Of a stretch of DNA of 64,000 nt, positions 9,681 through 20,991 are shown piece by piece. Below the pieces are notes generated by a model. That model worked only from the letters and a program-made list of their open reading frames with translations. It was not told where the DNA came from and did not search any database. Made by a program: the position numbers and the translations under genes. The stretch comes from Podarcis erhardii (Eukaryota): NCBI GenBank assembly GCA_964252035.1, contig OZ176216.1. The stretch is one strand, 5' to 3'. The first letter of the stretch is position 1, and the number at the start of each line of letters is the position of its first letter.

Positions 9681-12414
9681 CTAATGTGGTGATAAATGGC
9701 CTGAACACCAAGGAACAAAAATGGATGGGCCACTGGAAGAACACTGCACTTTAGAGCTTATTCTGTATAATTCGACTGGAGGTGGAGCAGTTGCACGTTG
9801 GAATGCTCCTGCACATCAACAGCACCTTGAATGCTGAAAGTGAGAGAATCTCCTACCAAGGTAAGAATTCTTGTCTTTTGCTAGGCTGCATTAGTTCTTC
9901 TCTACCCAGAAATTTGTGGGTGGGAGAGAGTATTCACCCAGGCAGTTCAACCCCCACATCCCACTGCCTGACATGGTATGGTCCAGGGAGAAGGATAATT
10001 TTAAGAGGTCTCTTGAGCATGTGATGTAAATCACCCCAAAATTCATATACCCAAGAACCATGTGCAGAAATCTTCACCCAGTCAGAGCACCACAACTCTT
10101 GCCAGTGGCATCATCAAGACTCTGGAAGAGGTATCCAGGGTCCCACTCAGCAACATGAGCAGGCAAGTTGGCATAAACAGAGGACTGGTTTCCCGTAGCT
10201 TGAAGTGAAGTGAATTATACACATCACTGTCTAAAAAGTGTTGTCACTGTAAGACAATAGTCCAAAATTACTGCACCACAAGTTATTACTAATGATACCC
10301 CACCCCAACCCCTTTGTCACCCTTGGGCTTTTTCCTTGGGGGGTAGAGTTTGCCTGAAAAGACTGGGAAACTGTCTAATCTGGTCCTGAAAAGTGGAGCT
10401 AATAATTGCTCTACAGACAAAGGCTGTAGCCATGGCTCTAGGTTGCTTGCAAGTCCTTCCTGCAATGCCCTTAAATGCTGCCTAGGTAAGTTCTGTAAAT
10501 GCTGTGATTCCTGCTTTAAATGGAGATGCCAGGGGCTATGTCCATGTCTCATGCCTGCATATGCAGGCGCGCACACACACCACACTATGCCACCAAGCTG
10601 TGGCTCAACACACTGGCTATTTGTTGCGATGAGTTTCATCAGTCAAACAGCATCACTCCCTTGGCTGATTTCAGCTCATGAACTGGCCACTGTTACTATT
10701 TCTCCTTCTCTGTTTCCAACATGTTGTGACCTTTGAATCTTCTGTTTAAGATGGAAAGGCAGCTTATACATTCATGTACTGATATGTACCTGCTCTCCCA
10801 CCCCCCACCCCGAAATCAGCACAGTCATTCCTAGGTGATTTATGGTGGTCCAAATCTTAGCAGGTGGAGGAGAGGCTGAGCTGATGATGATAAGGGACAG
10901 GGGAATGGATTGAAGAGCCAGTTGTTTGCTCAGCTCATTGTTGAAATGAATGAGAAAGGGGGTGGTTAGGGGCACACATGCTAACAGAAGTTCTGACTGC
11001 ACCAGATTAATCCCTCCTAGTTTTAAATCCAGTGCCCCAAAGAACATAGGATGTCAACAGCTACTTTAACCATAGGAGACATTCCTTTCATTGTCTCCCA
11101 AGAGGACAGTCAGAAAAAAACTGTGGGAACTGCCAGCCCCACAAACACCCAACCGGTCTCATCTGCCATGGAATCCCTGCATCCTCTCATCTCTCATTAG
11201 CGACTTGCCTGGGCCAATAAAACAGGAGCCCTAAGCAACTGGAACAATGAGACTCTTCAGCAAACAAGGGCCGGGCAAAGACCCAGACATATCCGCCCCC
11301 CCCCCAGCTTGTCTAAGGGATCGGTGGGAGACGGCATTCACTACCCAAGCAATCTGCCTGCTTGCTATCACATTTCTGTACACAGTGCATTTTGTTGTAG
11401 CAACCTCACCACCACAACCACACAGACATTCTCTTCTAATATCTACACCAAAGAAAAGTTTGTGCCTCGGTCACTGGAAGCCCAACTCCTGTGTAACCAG
11501 TTTCTCTGCAATTAAAAAGGCAGACCACCACATTCTGCCTTTCTGTAAGGTTCCCTAGCCCAGAAATTGGGAACATGTGGCCATTCAGATCTTGTCGGAC
11601 TCTCTGTTCCCATCAACCACAGCTAGCATGGCCAATGGTCAAGGATGTTGGTGGTGAGTCACAAGTTCCTGACCTCTGCCTGAGTCCAACAGCTCCTTGT
11701 AGCTTCAGCCATTGTCACTGGGCTCCAGACTTTGTGAAGATTCCTTTCCTTTTAAGGGTTGCATTTACACCAAGTACTGCTTTTGCTCATCATTGCCACG
11801 CAGCTAGGAAATAATTCACAACTATGAGATTCAAATCACAGGAACCCACTCTGAGGATCTGGGTCAGGGAACACTTTAAAAGCAGGTTCCTTCAAGGAAT
11901 CTTGTTTTGGGGTATATGTTGAGGCTGCAACATCTACTGTCTCCGTAGGCCATGACAGAAAGTAGGATTCCATTTCCTACCTTCTTAAGAGCGATCACAG
12001 GATTTGTGGAAACTTATTTAGACAGGCAGAACAGCAGCTCAAAAAGTTGAAACAAGGAGATAGGGGTCATCCAAAGTACCAGTGGAATGCATTGACCAAT
12101 TATATGAGGATGGGTGGACAAAGGAGTGATATAGAAGCTGTAGAGGTGTCGCTGCAGGTCCAGTTTTAAGGCAGTGGCTACTCAGAGATAGCTGGAGAGG
12201 GGTCTTGTAGGGAATTTTGAGTGCAGGATTTCTGGTGTAAGATTTTATAGACAAGGCAGTCTGACCAACTGCAGGGAGCAGTCTTGGTGCAGAGCAGTTT
12301 CACAGGCTGATTTGACTACACTACACTTTCCCTTAGAGCAATCTAGGAGCTTCTCAACTTATGTCCTTCTCTTGAGGTGGTGAGGAGGGAAGAATGCATT
12401 CAGGTCCTGCTTCC

Positions 12415-12510
12415 AAGCTTCTCCCAGGCATCTGGGTGGTCGCTATAAGAACAGGATGATCAGCAAGCTGGGCCCCTGGCCTGATTCAGAGGGTGGCTTC
12501 TTATGTATAT
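12415..12510. mobile_element. CR1-type 3'-end fragment
   Basis: AGGCATCTGG...AGAACAGGATG...GGGCCCCTGGCCTGATTCAG; inverted relative to the 62043 copy. Confidence 0.5.
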
Positions 12511-13639
12511 TTATTCATCTTTATAAAAACACTTCTAAACTTCATTGGGGGCCCTTTTCAGAGTTGAGTTGTGGAAGATAACTGAAACGCCGCAAACATT
12601 AAAGGCCATTTAGACAGGTAACACAGATGCACAACAGGCAATATTAAAAATACACAAGGCTTGGCAGTATACACGTTATGTGAAAAAGGTGCAGTTTGCT
12701 TTTGGTCCCTGAAATGGCATCCACTTCCACAATTATTACAAGCCTGTTCTAATTGTCTGCTGGAAAAACTGGTCCCCAGAGGAAGGCAACCATCGTAAGT
12801 GCCTGGGTTGATATTTTATATGAAACCTCCACAGCAGTTTCAAACACCAATGCGGTGTAGCAACAGCTGGTTATAGGATGGCAGTGGCAAACACATGGAA
12901 GCACTGTACTCCTCAAGCGCAGCCTTCCCTCGCCTGGTGCTCTCCAAGTGTCAAGCTATAACTCCCATCAGCTCTAGGCAGCACAGCCATGGTTAGGGAA
13001 TAATTGGAGTTATAGTTCAATACTTCGGAACGGCACCAGGTCAGAGAAGGCTGGCCTATTGTCACTATTTAAATAAGGTGTGTGCCAAATGGTAGATTTG
13101 AAATTAGTTATTATTTGTGATGATGATTATTATTATTCCAAATGTATTATCAAACACCAATTTAAACACCATGAAATAATGTATGTATAAACTTATGTAT
13201 AAACTAAAAAAATCAAACTTATAGAGGGCAGCATAAAAATAACCCAATTGATCTATTGGGTTCAGTAAAAAATGCTTGGGGAAATAAAAAAGGACTTCAT
13301 CTGTTGTAGAAAAACTATCAGAGTGGCTGCCAGAGGAACTTTTCTGGGGAGAGCATTCCAAAACCAGGGCACAACAATTGAAAAGGTCCTGAAAATATCC
13401 CCATATGTCCGGGGTAAACACATAGTATACTAACCAATCATTTCATTTTATGATGCGCAGCTGTGTGTGTGTGTGAGTGAGAGAAATGTTGTGTGTACAA
13501 CTACTAATACCAAAATAACAATAACAAAGCAGCGTTAAGCAGTTAACTTACTTGGCATAGCACTTGGAATCCATAATTCTGGAGAATTCAGATTTAAACA
13601 CTGGAGACTGAAACACCAGACAGCAATTGTAACTATTAC

Positions 13640-16600
13640 ACCAAAGCAGCAGCATTCTCTTTAATATTAAAAACAAGGAAAATCCTGCCCAATCCTACAT
13701 CATTTAAACATATGTACAATTTTCTTTTAAAAAAAAGAATATTACAACTTTTAAAGGAAAATATAGTGTATTTTTTTCCATATGATACAAAAGACATGCA
13801 TCTTTAAAACCATTTATTTGCAAAAGAACAAGAATTACAAATATTAGAACGCTTGCTGCTTAGACAGCAATACTTTATTTAACCAAGTTGCTTTTAAGAG
13901 ATTGGAGGGGGATAAGACCTTTTATAATGAAGACCAGTATCCCTTAACCTGGTACCCTTAAGAAGTTGTGGGACTCCATCAGCTCTAGCCAGTATGACCA
14001 ATGTTTTGGGATTACGGAAATTGTAATCCAGCAACATACAGAGGGCACCAGGTTGGGAAACACTTCAGTTCCAAAGGCAGGACATATGCCATCAAGAAAG
14101 TTGTTCAAAAAAAACTTGTCAAAGCTGAAGTGGTTTCCCAGCACTGGCTCCTTATATTGAAGTAAGGAGGACAGATTTCAGTGGGACATATTTGCCAATT
14201 TTGTGCTTGGATTTACAGACTTGCTAGTGCCATGCATAACATGGATAGCTGTGGTATAATAATATATCGCTGCATCAGTTCTTGCCATTTTAAAGTAGTC
14301 AGAAGCCCTTCTAATGAGTCAGAGACCTTATGGATGAACAAAAGGAGAACATCTAACCTATCGCAAGCCAAAATTGTGCATTTTCTTTCTGCTTTAACAT
14401 AATCTGCATCTTTCCATGAGGACACGTGTCAGATGCCAAACTACTGATGACAGACACACAGCATTTCGTCTGCGGCAGTAATATATTCTGATCATGAATT
14501 TTGTATATGAGAAATATTCAGGGGAAATCTGCTAAACACTAAAAGCATGAGAATGAATGTGGAAGTTTAGACTTCTACTTGATTATTTGGTTCCAAAGCT
14601 CTGTGAAGACATGAGAACTAGAAACATTGAGAAGCTAGCATTCTAAAGATTTTAAACAAGATGCTGTAAGTCTCATGAAAGTGCTTTGTGAGCCATTAAA
14701 AAGTCTCACAAATTTATTGTGCTTAATGAATTTGAAAAGGCAGTGACAGCTTAAGTGGATACCAAGTAGGAAGGCACATTATTATCCATCAGTACATGCA
14801 AAAACAAGATTTTCTTTGTTTCCTGACCAGGAGTCACTAGTTAGAATCTAATATGGAACTGAATAAGCAAGTGGATCAGAGAAACTTGGCCACTTGTCTA
14901 TGCTTTGCAAGGTTCATAATTACACACCTATGATTGAGGGAAAACTCACAATCCCCCTAAAATATAAAGGCAATATATAACTCTTATAAATAAAATACAA
15001 TAAAAAGGAAAAACACTTAAAACAGTGTCACACAATATAAATAAAGCAGTCCTTGATGAGATTCTACTACAACAGATTACAAACTCTTCCCAGCCTCCAA
15101 GTATGACTTTCTCAGTTCCACATCGAAAGGCTCATGTTACCTGCCTGGACTCTATTGAATTGAAGTGGCCTCGTATGACAGAGAAGGTGCCAGAATCCCT
15201 TAAATTCCCACATCAAAAGTACTCTGACATTCTTGCTTTTTGAAAAGGCATATATAATAATTGTCTCCAAACCAGCTGGGACTTTGCTTCCACCAGGTCA
15301 CATTCATTTACTAGTTGTCACTCCCCCTCTAAGGCTTTGAAAAGTAATTTCTCAGAAGTGTCCAGCCATTAGTTTAGTTTGGAGATGAGCAGCAGAGATG
15401 TTCTGTGGGCCTAATTATAAATTGAATCAAGTCTTGTTCTAATTTCCTACAAAGAAAGGGGTCCTTGCACAGTAACCCAATAAGCACTGCAAATTCTCAT
15501 TAGGGAGCCTTATTTATAATATTATATAATATACATAATATATTATATAAAATAATCACACACTATATACACACACAGCATTTGACAATTGCTGCAACAG
15601 ATATAAAAATACAAAGCTTGTTTTTATCGCACGCGCGCACACACACAAAATACACACACAAATGTTACTCAGTATGGTACATTGCACCTATGAGCACCTC
15701 TGCTCTTGTGTAAGGGGCTTGCAATTACTATTCAGTATATTTGGCCTTTCCTCTATTCCCCCCCTCACCCCTTCTTCAAATGGGGCGTTTCTAGTTCCTG
15801 GATCTAGCTAGGAAAATGAATTCATATTGCCACGAGGCAACTGCAAATATAGAGTTATGTGCCTCCAATTCGTGGAGCTGTTTTACAAGTGTAAGTTTGT
15901 TTTATTTGTGCTGGTTAAAACTGGGAGAAGGTGGAAATATGCAGCTAGCCTAGTGACGTCCACATTGTGCCCTCAGCTATTTCTGAAGCACAGGCAACTT
16001 TCTTAAAGCTACATATGCAGGTGTTGTACAACTTGGCTGCAAGTCTGACACAACCATTGAATAGTGTTGGGCGCTGCGGGGAGAAGCAGCTATTTTGTAC
16101 TCCAAAAGAAGTGAAACAAGGGTGTTAAGCATTCTGCATCACCCCCAGCCCCGACTGCCCTGATTTTACACCTATTATCCAAGTTCCATGAAGATACACA
16201 GAATAATCATGGTAATTATTGGGAAGCTCCTCACCCCCCCCCAAAAAAATAGTTTATTCAAGTTGGCAACCCTGGGAAGGTGTAAGACAAAGGACTTGAG
16301 TCTGAAGCTGGTGCCTAAACCAAATGAACAAAATGTTCTAGAGGCCTTACATTCTAAGCTTGATTGTGTAATGCTCCAGTGTATTTATAAAGCAGCCTAA
16401 ACAGAACCCTTTTCTGGACCAACTTCTGGCAAAGGGTGAGTTTGTATGATCTATTTCATAGAATGTGTTGCTAAACTTAACTACCAACAACTAGCACTTT
16501 TGTCCCCATATCTCCCTCAATACTGCTCCACCTTGTGAAAGTGAATAATTATAAAGGTTCTAACTGTGGATTAACCAGGACAACTCTTCTCAACTTCCTC

Positions 16601-17677
16601 CATTCTGGCCATTTCCCTCCTGGTGTTTCCCTCTCTAAGCTGTTTTTCTTAATGTGGACTGTGTATGAACTTACCCTTAAAGCAAACTCCAGAAACACAC
16701 TTTTTTTTGGGGGGGGGAGATAGGAGGGAGCCATTTCCAATTCAGAACAATTTTGATTGCTTTCCTAAATCACTGACATCAAATTCTCCCCTTGCTTTTT
16801 TTAACCCAAGCATGCTACAAAGCCTTTCAAAAAGCTCACCTAACTCAAGTAGGAAAATGTGCCCTGTACATTCTCCTTGATGCACAGGACACATAACAGG
16901 AACATCAGGAAACAAATCAAAATGCTTTAGAATGGCAATAGGGGGTGCCGGTGCAAAATACCCATGCTCAACTCTTCCACCTAGCAGTAAGGGTTATATA
17001 TGTGTCTGCCAACCATTAATCGTTGCCCATGTTGTGCCTTTCACTATCTGGAACGAGTATGGCAAGAACTTCACACCTCAACTACTACATTCACTTAAAT
17101 GAGCCTCTCTTCAGTCCTGCCATTTTCCAACAAGTTTTCGCTAGCACTAAGTGAGAACCAGACTTCCATTGAAAGTTCCATGTTTTTTTCCACTTTAGGG
17201 TGTTTAGAATTAGGTGGCAACAGTTCATTAATAAGCTGTAACAATTTAAATTTCCATAGCCAAAAGTTCATTCTGTTTTCATTTGCACTGAACCATCCTG
17301 TGGAGTTATATCACCAAATTGTAAATTATAAACCGAAGATAGACTTGGATCTGAACCAATCCAATAAGTACTTCTCCTAAATGTTTGCACTATAATGAAG
17401 CTGTATTGTTCCAATGTCCGTGGAAAACATTTTAGTATGTTTCCTGTAATGACAACATACCTTCAGATAGTCACATTGGTGTCGTGCTGGGAAGGAATTT
17501 CTCAAGACATAAATAAAATGAAAAGGCAAAAGGCTTTCTTAAAAACATACATTCATAGGACACTACACAAAAAAATAAATAGCATCTTTTATAATTAACA
17601 TCCTGTTGTAAGTCTCTTTCAGCGACTTTGCTGTGCAGTTACTGGCTTTAAGTGGGGAGGGGAAGGAGGTCAGTTCC
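13640..17677 (-). other. CDON: Probable CDON 3'UTR (about 4 kb)
   Basis: AT-rich, no coding homology; minus-strand polyA hexamers at 13874-13879 and 13813-13818 (AATAAA) and 13660-13665 (ATTAAA, followed by a GU-rich tract). The 3' end is inferred. Confidence 0.55.
13660..13665 (-). promoter_or_regulatory. Candidate distal polyadenylation signal ATTAAA of CDON
   Basis: Plus-strand TTTAAT; U-rich upstream and GU-rich downstream on the minus strand. Confidence 0.4.
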
Positions 17678-17841
17678 TTAAGTCTCTTGTACTTGGAGCT
17701 GTCGAAGACTCCCCAAACCGTCCAACGTAACGCCATTTGAAATCCCTTCTGTCTTTTCATTACAGTCTTTTGAAAGAGGCTGGAGAATAAGGGGGCTCCA
17801 GCTCAACATGTGATCTGATGTTTCCAAATGTGCACTGTGAT
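17678..17841 (-). CDS. CDON: CDON exon 20 coding part, C-terminus
   Basis: Acceptor ttttcag; DHSAHLETSDHMLSWSPLILQPLSKDCNEKTEGISNGVTLDGLGSLRQLQVQET*; aligns to recalled human SWNALILP...CAEKT...QQPRET*; 164 nt. Confidence 0.93.
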
Positions 17842-18358
17842 CTGAAAATTAAAAACGCAGCTATTATCATCTAGTTGTCTATTAGCAACTTCAACAACCA
17901 TCAAATTTATCAAGAGACTTCATACAAGCTCCAACAGGCTGGGAAACAAGACTACTATTTGATGAATCATCAACATCCCTCCCTCCCCCGCTGTCCTGCA
18001 GCTCTTCTATCCTAAGTAGCTAGTTTGATTAATCTTAGTTGCTGAAACACAAGATCACAGCTGAAGGTGGTCTTGGCAGAGATTTAAATAAATTAGCACA
18101 GTGTTTAAAACAATTTAGTCACCACAAATAATCCAAGGAGAGTACTGGATGAAATCCATTTTTTAAAAAGAAAAAGAAGCCCGCAGTTTAAGCACCACAG
18201 CACCAAATTCCATAACATGCACACGGAACCACAAGAAGCTTAAGTATTTAATCTCAGTCTGAGTTTGGTTTCTGTGTTAAATTGCTCTGATTATAAATAA
18301 AAAGCAACTGCCTCGGAGGCAGCTATATATTTCCACAATTCCCAAAATACTGGCGTAC

Positions 18359-18612
18359 CTTCTATACAATCTGTACTGAGAGGATTCACATTTTCTTGGT
18401 CACAGGAGTCCCGAGGAGAGGGGGGATCCACTTTCTCCTTGCCGTCTTCCTCTGCCTCAGCGTTGCATCCGGGGGTTGTGGATGCTAAGCACATCGCAAC
18501 CATCATATGATTCAAAGGTTTCATTTCTAAACTGTTCTGCTGATAAGGTGCTACGATGGGCATCACAGCTGCAGGGTTGCTTCCAAAAGTGCCACTGGTT
18601 TTAGTGAAGCAC
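18359..18612 (-). CDS. CDON: CDON exon 19, cytoplasmic
   Basis: CFTKTSGTF...LEMKPLNH...PLSTDCIE; the donor AG|GTACGC is the site that gives phase 1 into exon 20; 254 nt. Donor choice is inferred. Confidence 0.87.
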
Positions 18613-20443
18613 CTAGAAAAATTCAAACACGTTCATGGAAAATGGCTCACTATAAAGTATACTGTAAATCACTTTGTGATGCACCTTATAGAGTGATTCA
18701 TAAATGAAATAAACAATGTTTCATTACGCAGTTGTACAAAATAGAGGGTTTTTTATTTTTTTAAAAAGACAGCTCCCACTAAGTGCTCTCTTACACATTT
18801 TAAAATGGGGTATTTTTCTTTTTTTAAATATAAGAAAAAGAACTTCAATATCAATTTGCTCTTTCAATTGGTAACCTGACCTCTGTTAAAGTGCTGCTGA
18901 TAGAGTGATTACATTCAATATTGGATTCTTCAGCACTGTAAACTTAGAAAGTGAGAACATGCTTTCTAAGCCTTCCCAGAAAGAATCTTTGATAATTCTC
19001 TCTCATTCTGGATTGTGAAAGACTAGTCAAGCAGGGAAGGAAGTCAATTCCTTATAGCGGAATCTACTTAGCCTTTGAACAACAACAAAAAGGCATCTTA
19101 CATCTAAAATCCTTTGTAGACATGCCCAGAGCTAATCCAAAGTGTTGGGAAACTGCCAGTGCTATAAACGTTTGCAGCTGGAGAACCAGCTTCTAAGGAC
19201 ACTGAGGTGGTTATCAACTTGCTTTTTCAACTTTCATGATATATGCTAACAAGTACTTAACTATATTATTTGTAACTAAACAAATGAGAAACCAAAGCAC
19301 ACCCATATCTATTTAGGACAGGCATATGAACTGAAAATCTGGGACACAAAGCATGTGAACAATTAAGAATATTCTCCAAAACTATGATAGAAGTAGCAAA
19401 AATATTTTGACACTGCACTTCATCCTCTCATATATACATGTTTACAGTGATTTAAATTAAACCTTTTCTTGTTACAGGGTTTTTTATGAGAACTTGAAAT
19501 AAAACATAGAAAGCATTCTTCCACCAAGTAGATGAACTACTGGCATATACATTCTTTGAATTCATTCACTTTTCATTGACTATGGTTTGCTAGCTCTCCA
19601 TAATTATCTCCTAGGAAGAAGATGATTAACATGAAGCTCTGTCTTAAATTATTCCTTGGCAACCACACCACTTATTCACAATGGCTGTCAAAATACATCC
19701 TAAAGCTACATAATATTTAGCTTTACAGACAGAAAGCTTATTATGTGGAACTTTCTTTAGCCACAGAAGCAGAATCATAATTATAAATGCTTTGTTATTT
19801 ATACAGTGCCAACGACGTGCTTTGCACTTTACGGAAGCAACCAAAAAGTCGCCCTGCTGCAAGTAGCTTACAATCTAAATTTTGTCATGATGAGAGACAA
19901 CAGAGCTAGGAGAAGGCTAAAGGGGATGAATGTGAGCAGATGGAAATACACAGAGACTGTGTTTTGGCTTGTGATCAAGATTAAGAAGTTAAGGCACAGG
20001 ATTCACAGAAGAGGTGGATTCAGAGGAGGAATGTGAATGGAGAGAGATAAGATTCATTTCACAAATGGAACACTCATATGGACAAATACAACACAAGCTG
20101 CAAGATTCTTATTTGCAGGATATTTAAAATGTGTCTCAAGTTAACAAGCCATCTTCTTAATTTTTTTAAAAAAACTTTCAGGCTCCCTTAACCTTGTACG
20201 TAGTGGAAGAGTGTCTAGACAATGTAGCACAGAGCAGCATATATCTTTCTGCGTCATGTGAGAACCTATGCACTTGAACAAATGGATATTCAAGACCTTA
20301 GCAGGAGTGCTATTGCCCTTTTTCCATATCTGTATTTCTGCCAAGACAAGGAACTAGCTGCTGCTTGCACAAGTTACCAGCCAGCGTCTATGCCTCTGGA
20401 ATGGTCTTTGGGAGTCAACTGGTCCCTTCTTTAATGCCATTTA

Positions 20444-20991
20444 CCGTATTTTTTGCCCTATAGGACGCACTTTTTCCCGTCCAAAAATGAAGGGGAAATC
20501 TGTGTGCGTCCTATGGGGCGAATACAGGCTTTCGCTGAAGCTTGGAGAGCAAGAGGGGTTGGTGCGCACCGACCCCTTTCGCTCTCCAGGCTTCAGGAAG
20601 CTATCAGCAAGCCTGGGAAGCTGCGGGAGTTCCCGCAGGGCTCCCTAGGCTGCGGATAGCAGCCTGCCGCCCGGCGTGCAGAATACCCTAAAGCAGAGCG
20701 CCCCGTGCGCCGGGCAGACATCCACAGTGTGGGGAGCTCTGCGGGAGTTCCCGCAGGGCTCCCCACGCTGCGGATAGCAGCCTGCTGCCCGGCGCACGGG
20801 GTGCCCTGAAGCAGAGCGCCCCACGCGCCGGGCAGACATCGGCCAGCCCCACAAGCTCGGGGCACAGCGGGGAGGCACAGCGCTGCCATCCCGCTGTTCC
20901 CCGACCTGGTTTTGGGGGGGAAATAAAGGGGGGGAAATACCTTTATCCCCCCCCCCAAAATTAGGTGCGTCCTATGGGACGAAAAATACGG
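20444..20991. mobile_element. TcMar Tc2-like (Kanga/MER104-type terminus) non-autonomous DNA transposon with an internal GC-rich tandem repeat
   Basis: TA|CCGTATTTTTTGCCCTATAGGACGCAC...GTGCGTCCTATGGGACGAAAAATACGG|TA; 548 bp; two internal units with a 118-bp period. Confidence 0.85.

Noticed and set aside
9782-10490. Plus-strand AG|GTAAG donors at 9861 and 10486 suggesting an intergenic spliced gene
   Set aside because: Several such 7-mers are expected by chance; no convincing acceptors, shared frame or homology
10289-10736. Overlapping ORFs of 116 and 128 aa, one Cys-rich (LY6/PATE-like idea)
   Set aside because: No signal peptide, no CCxxDxCN end, no recognisable family
17100-17240. Minus-strand HLVLAKTCW resembling recalled human HLQLAKSCVW
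   Set aside because: Lies in the 3'UTR after the true stop at 17678, in an incompatible phase; coincidence
17563-17760. 65-aa ORF listed over exon 20
   Set aside because: Wrong frame; the CDON-homologous frame ends at TAA 17678
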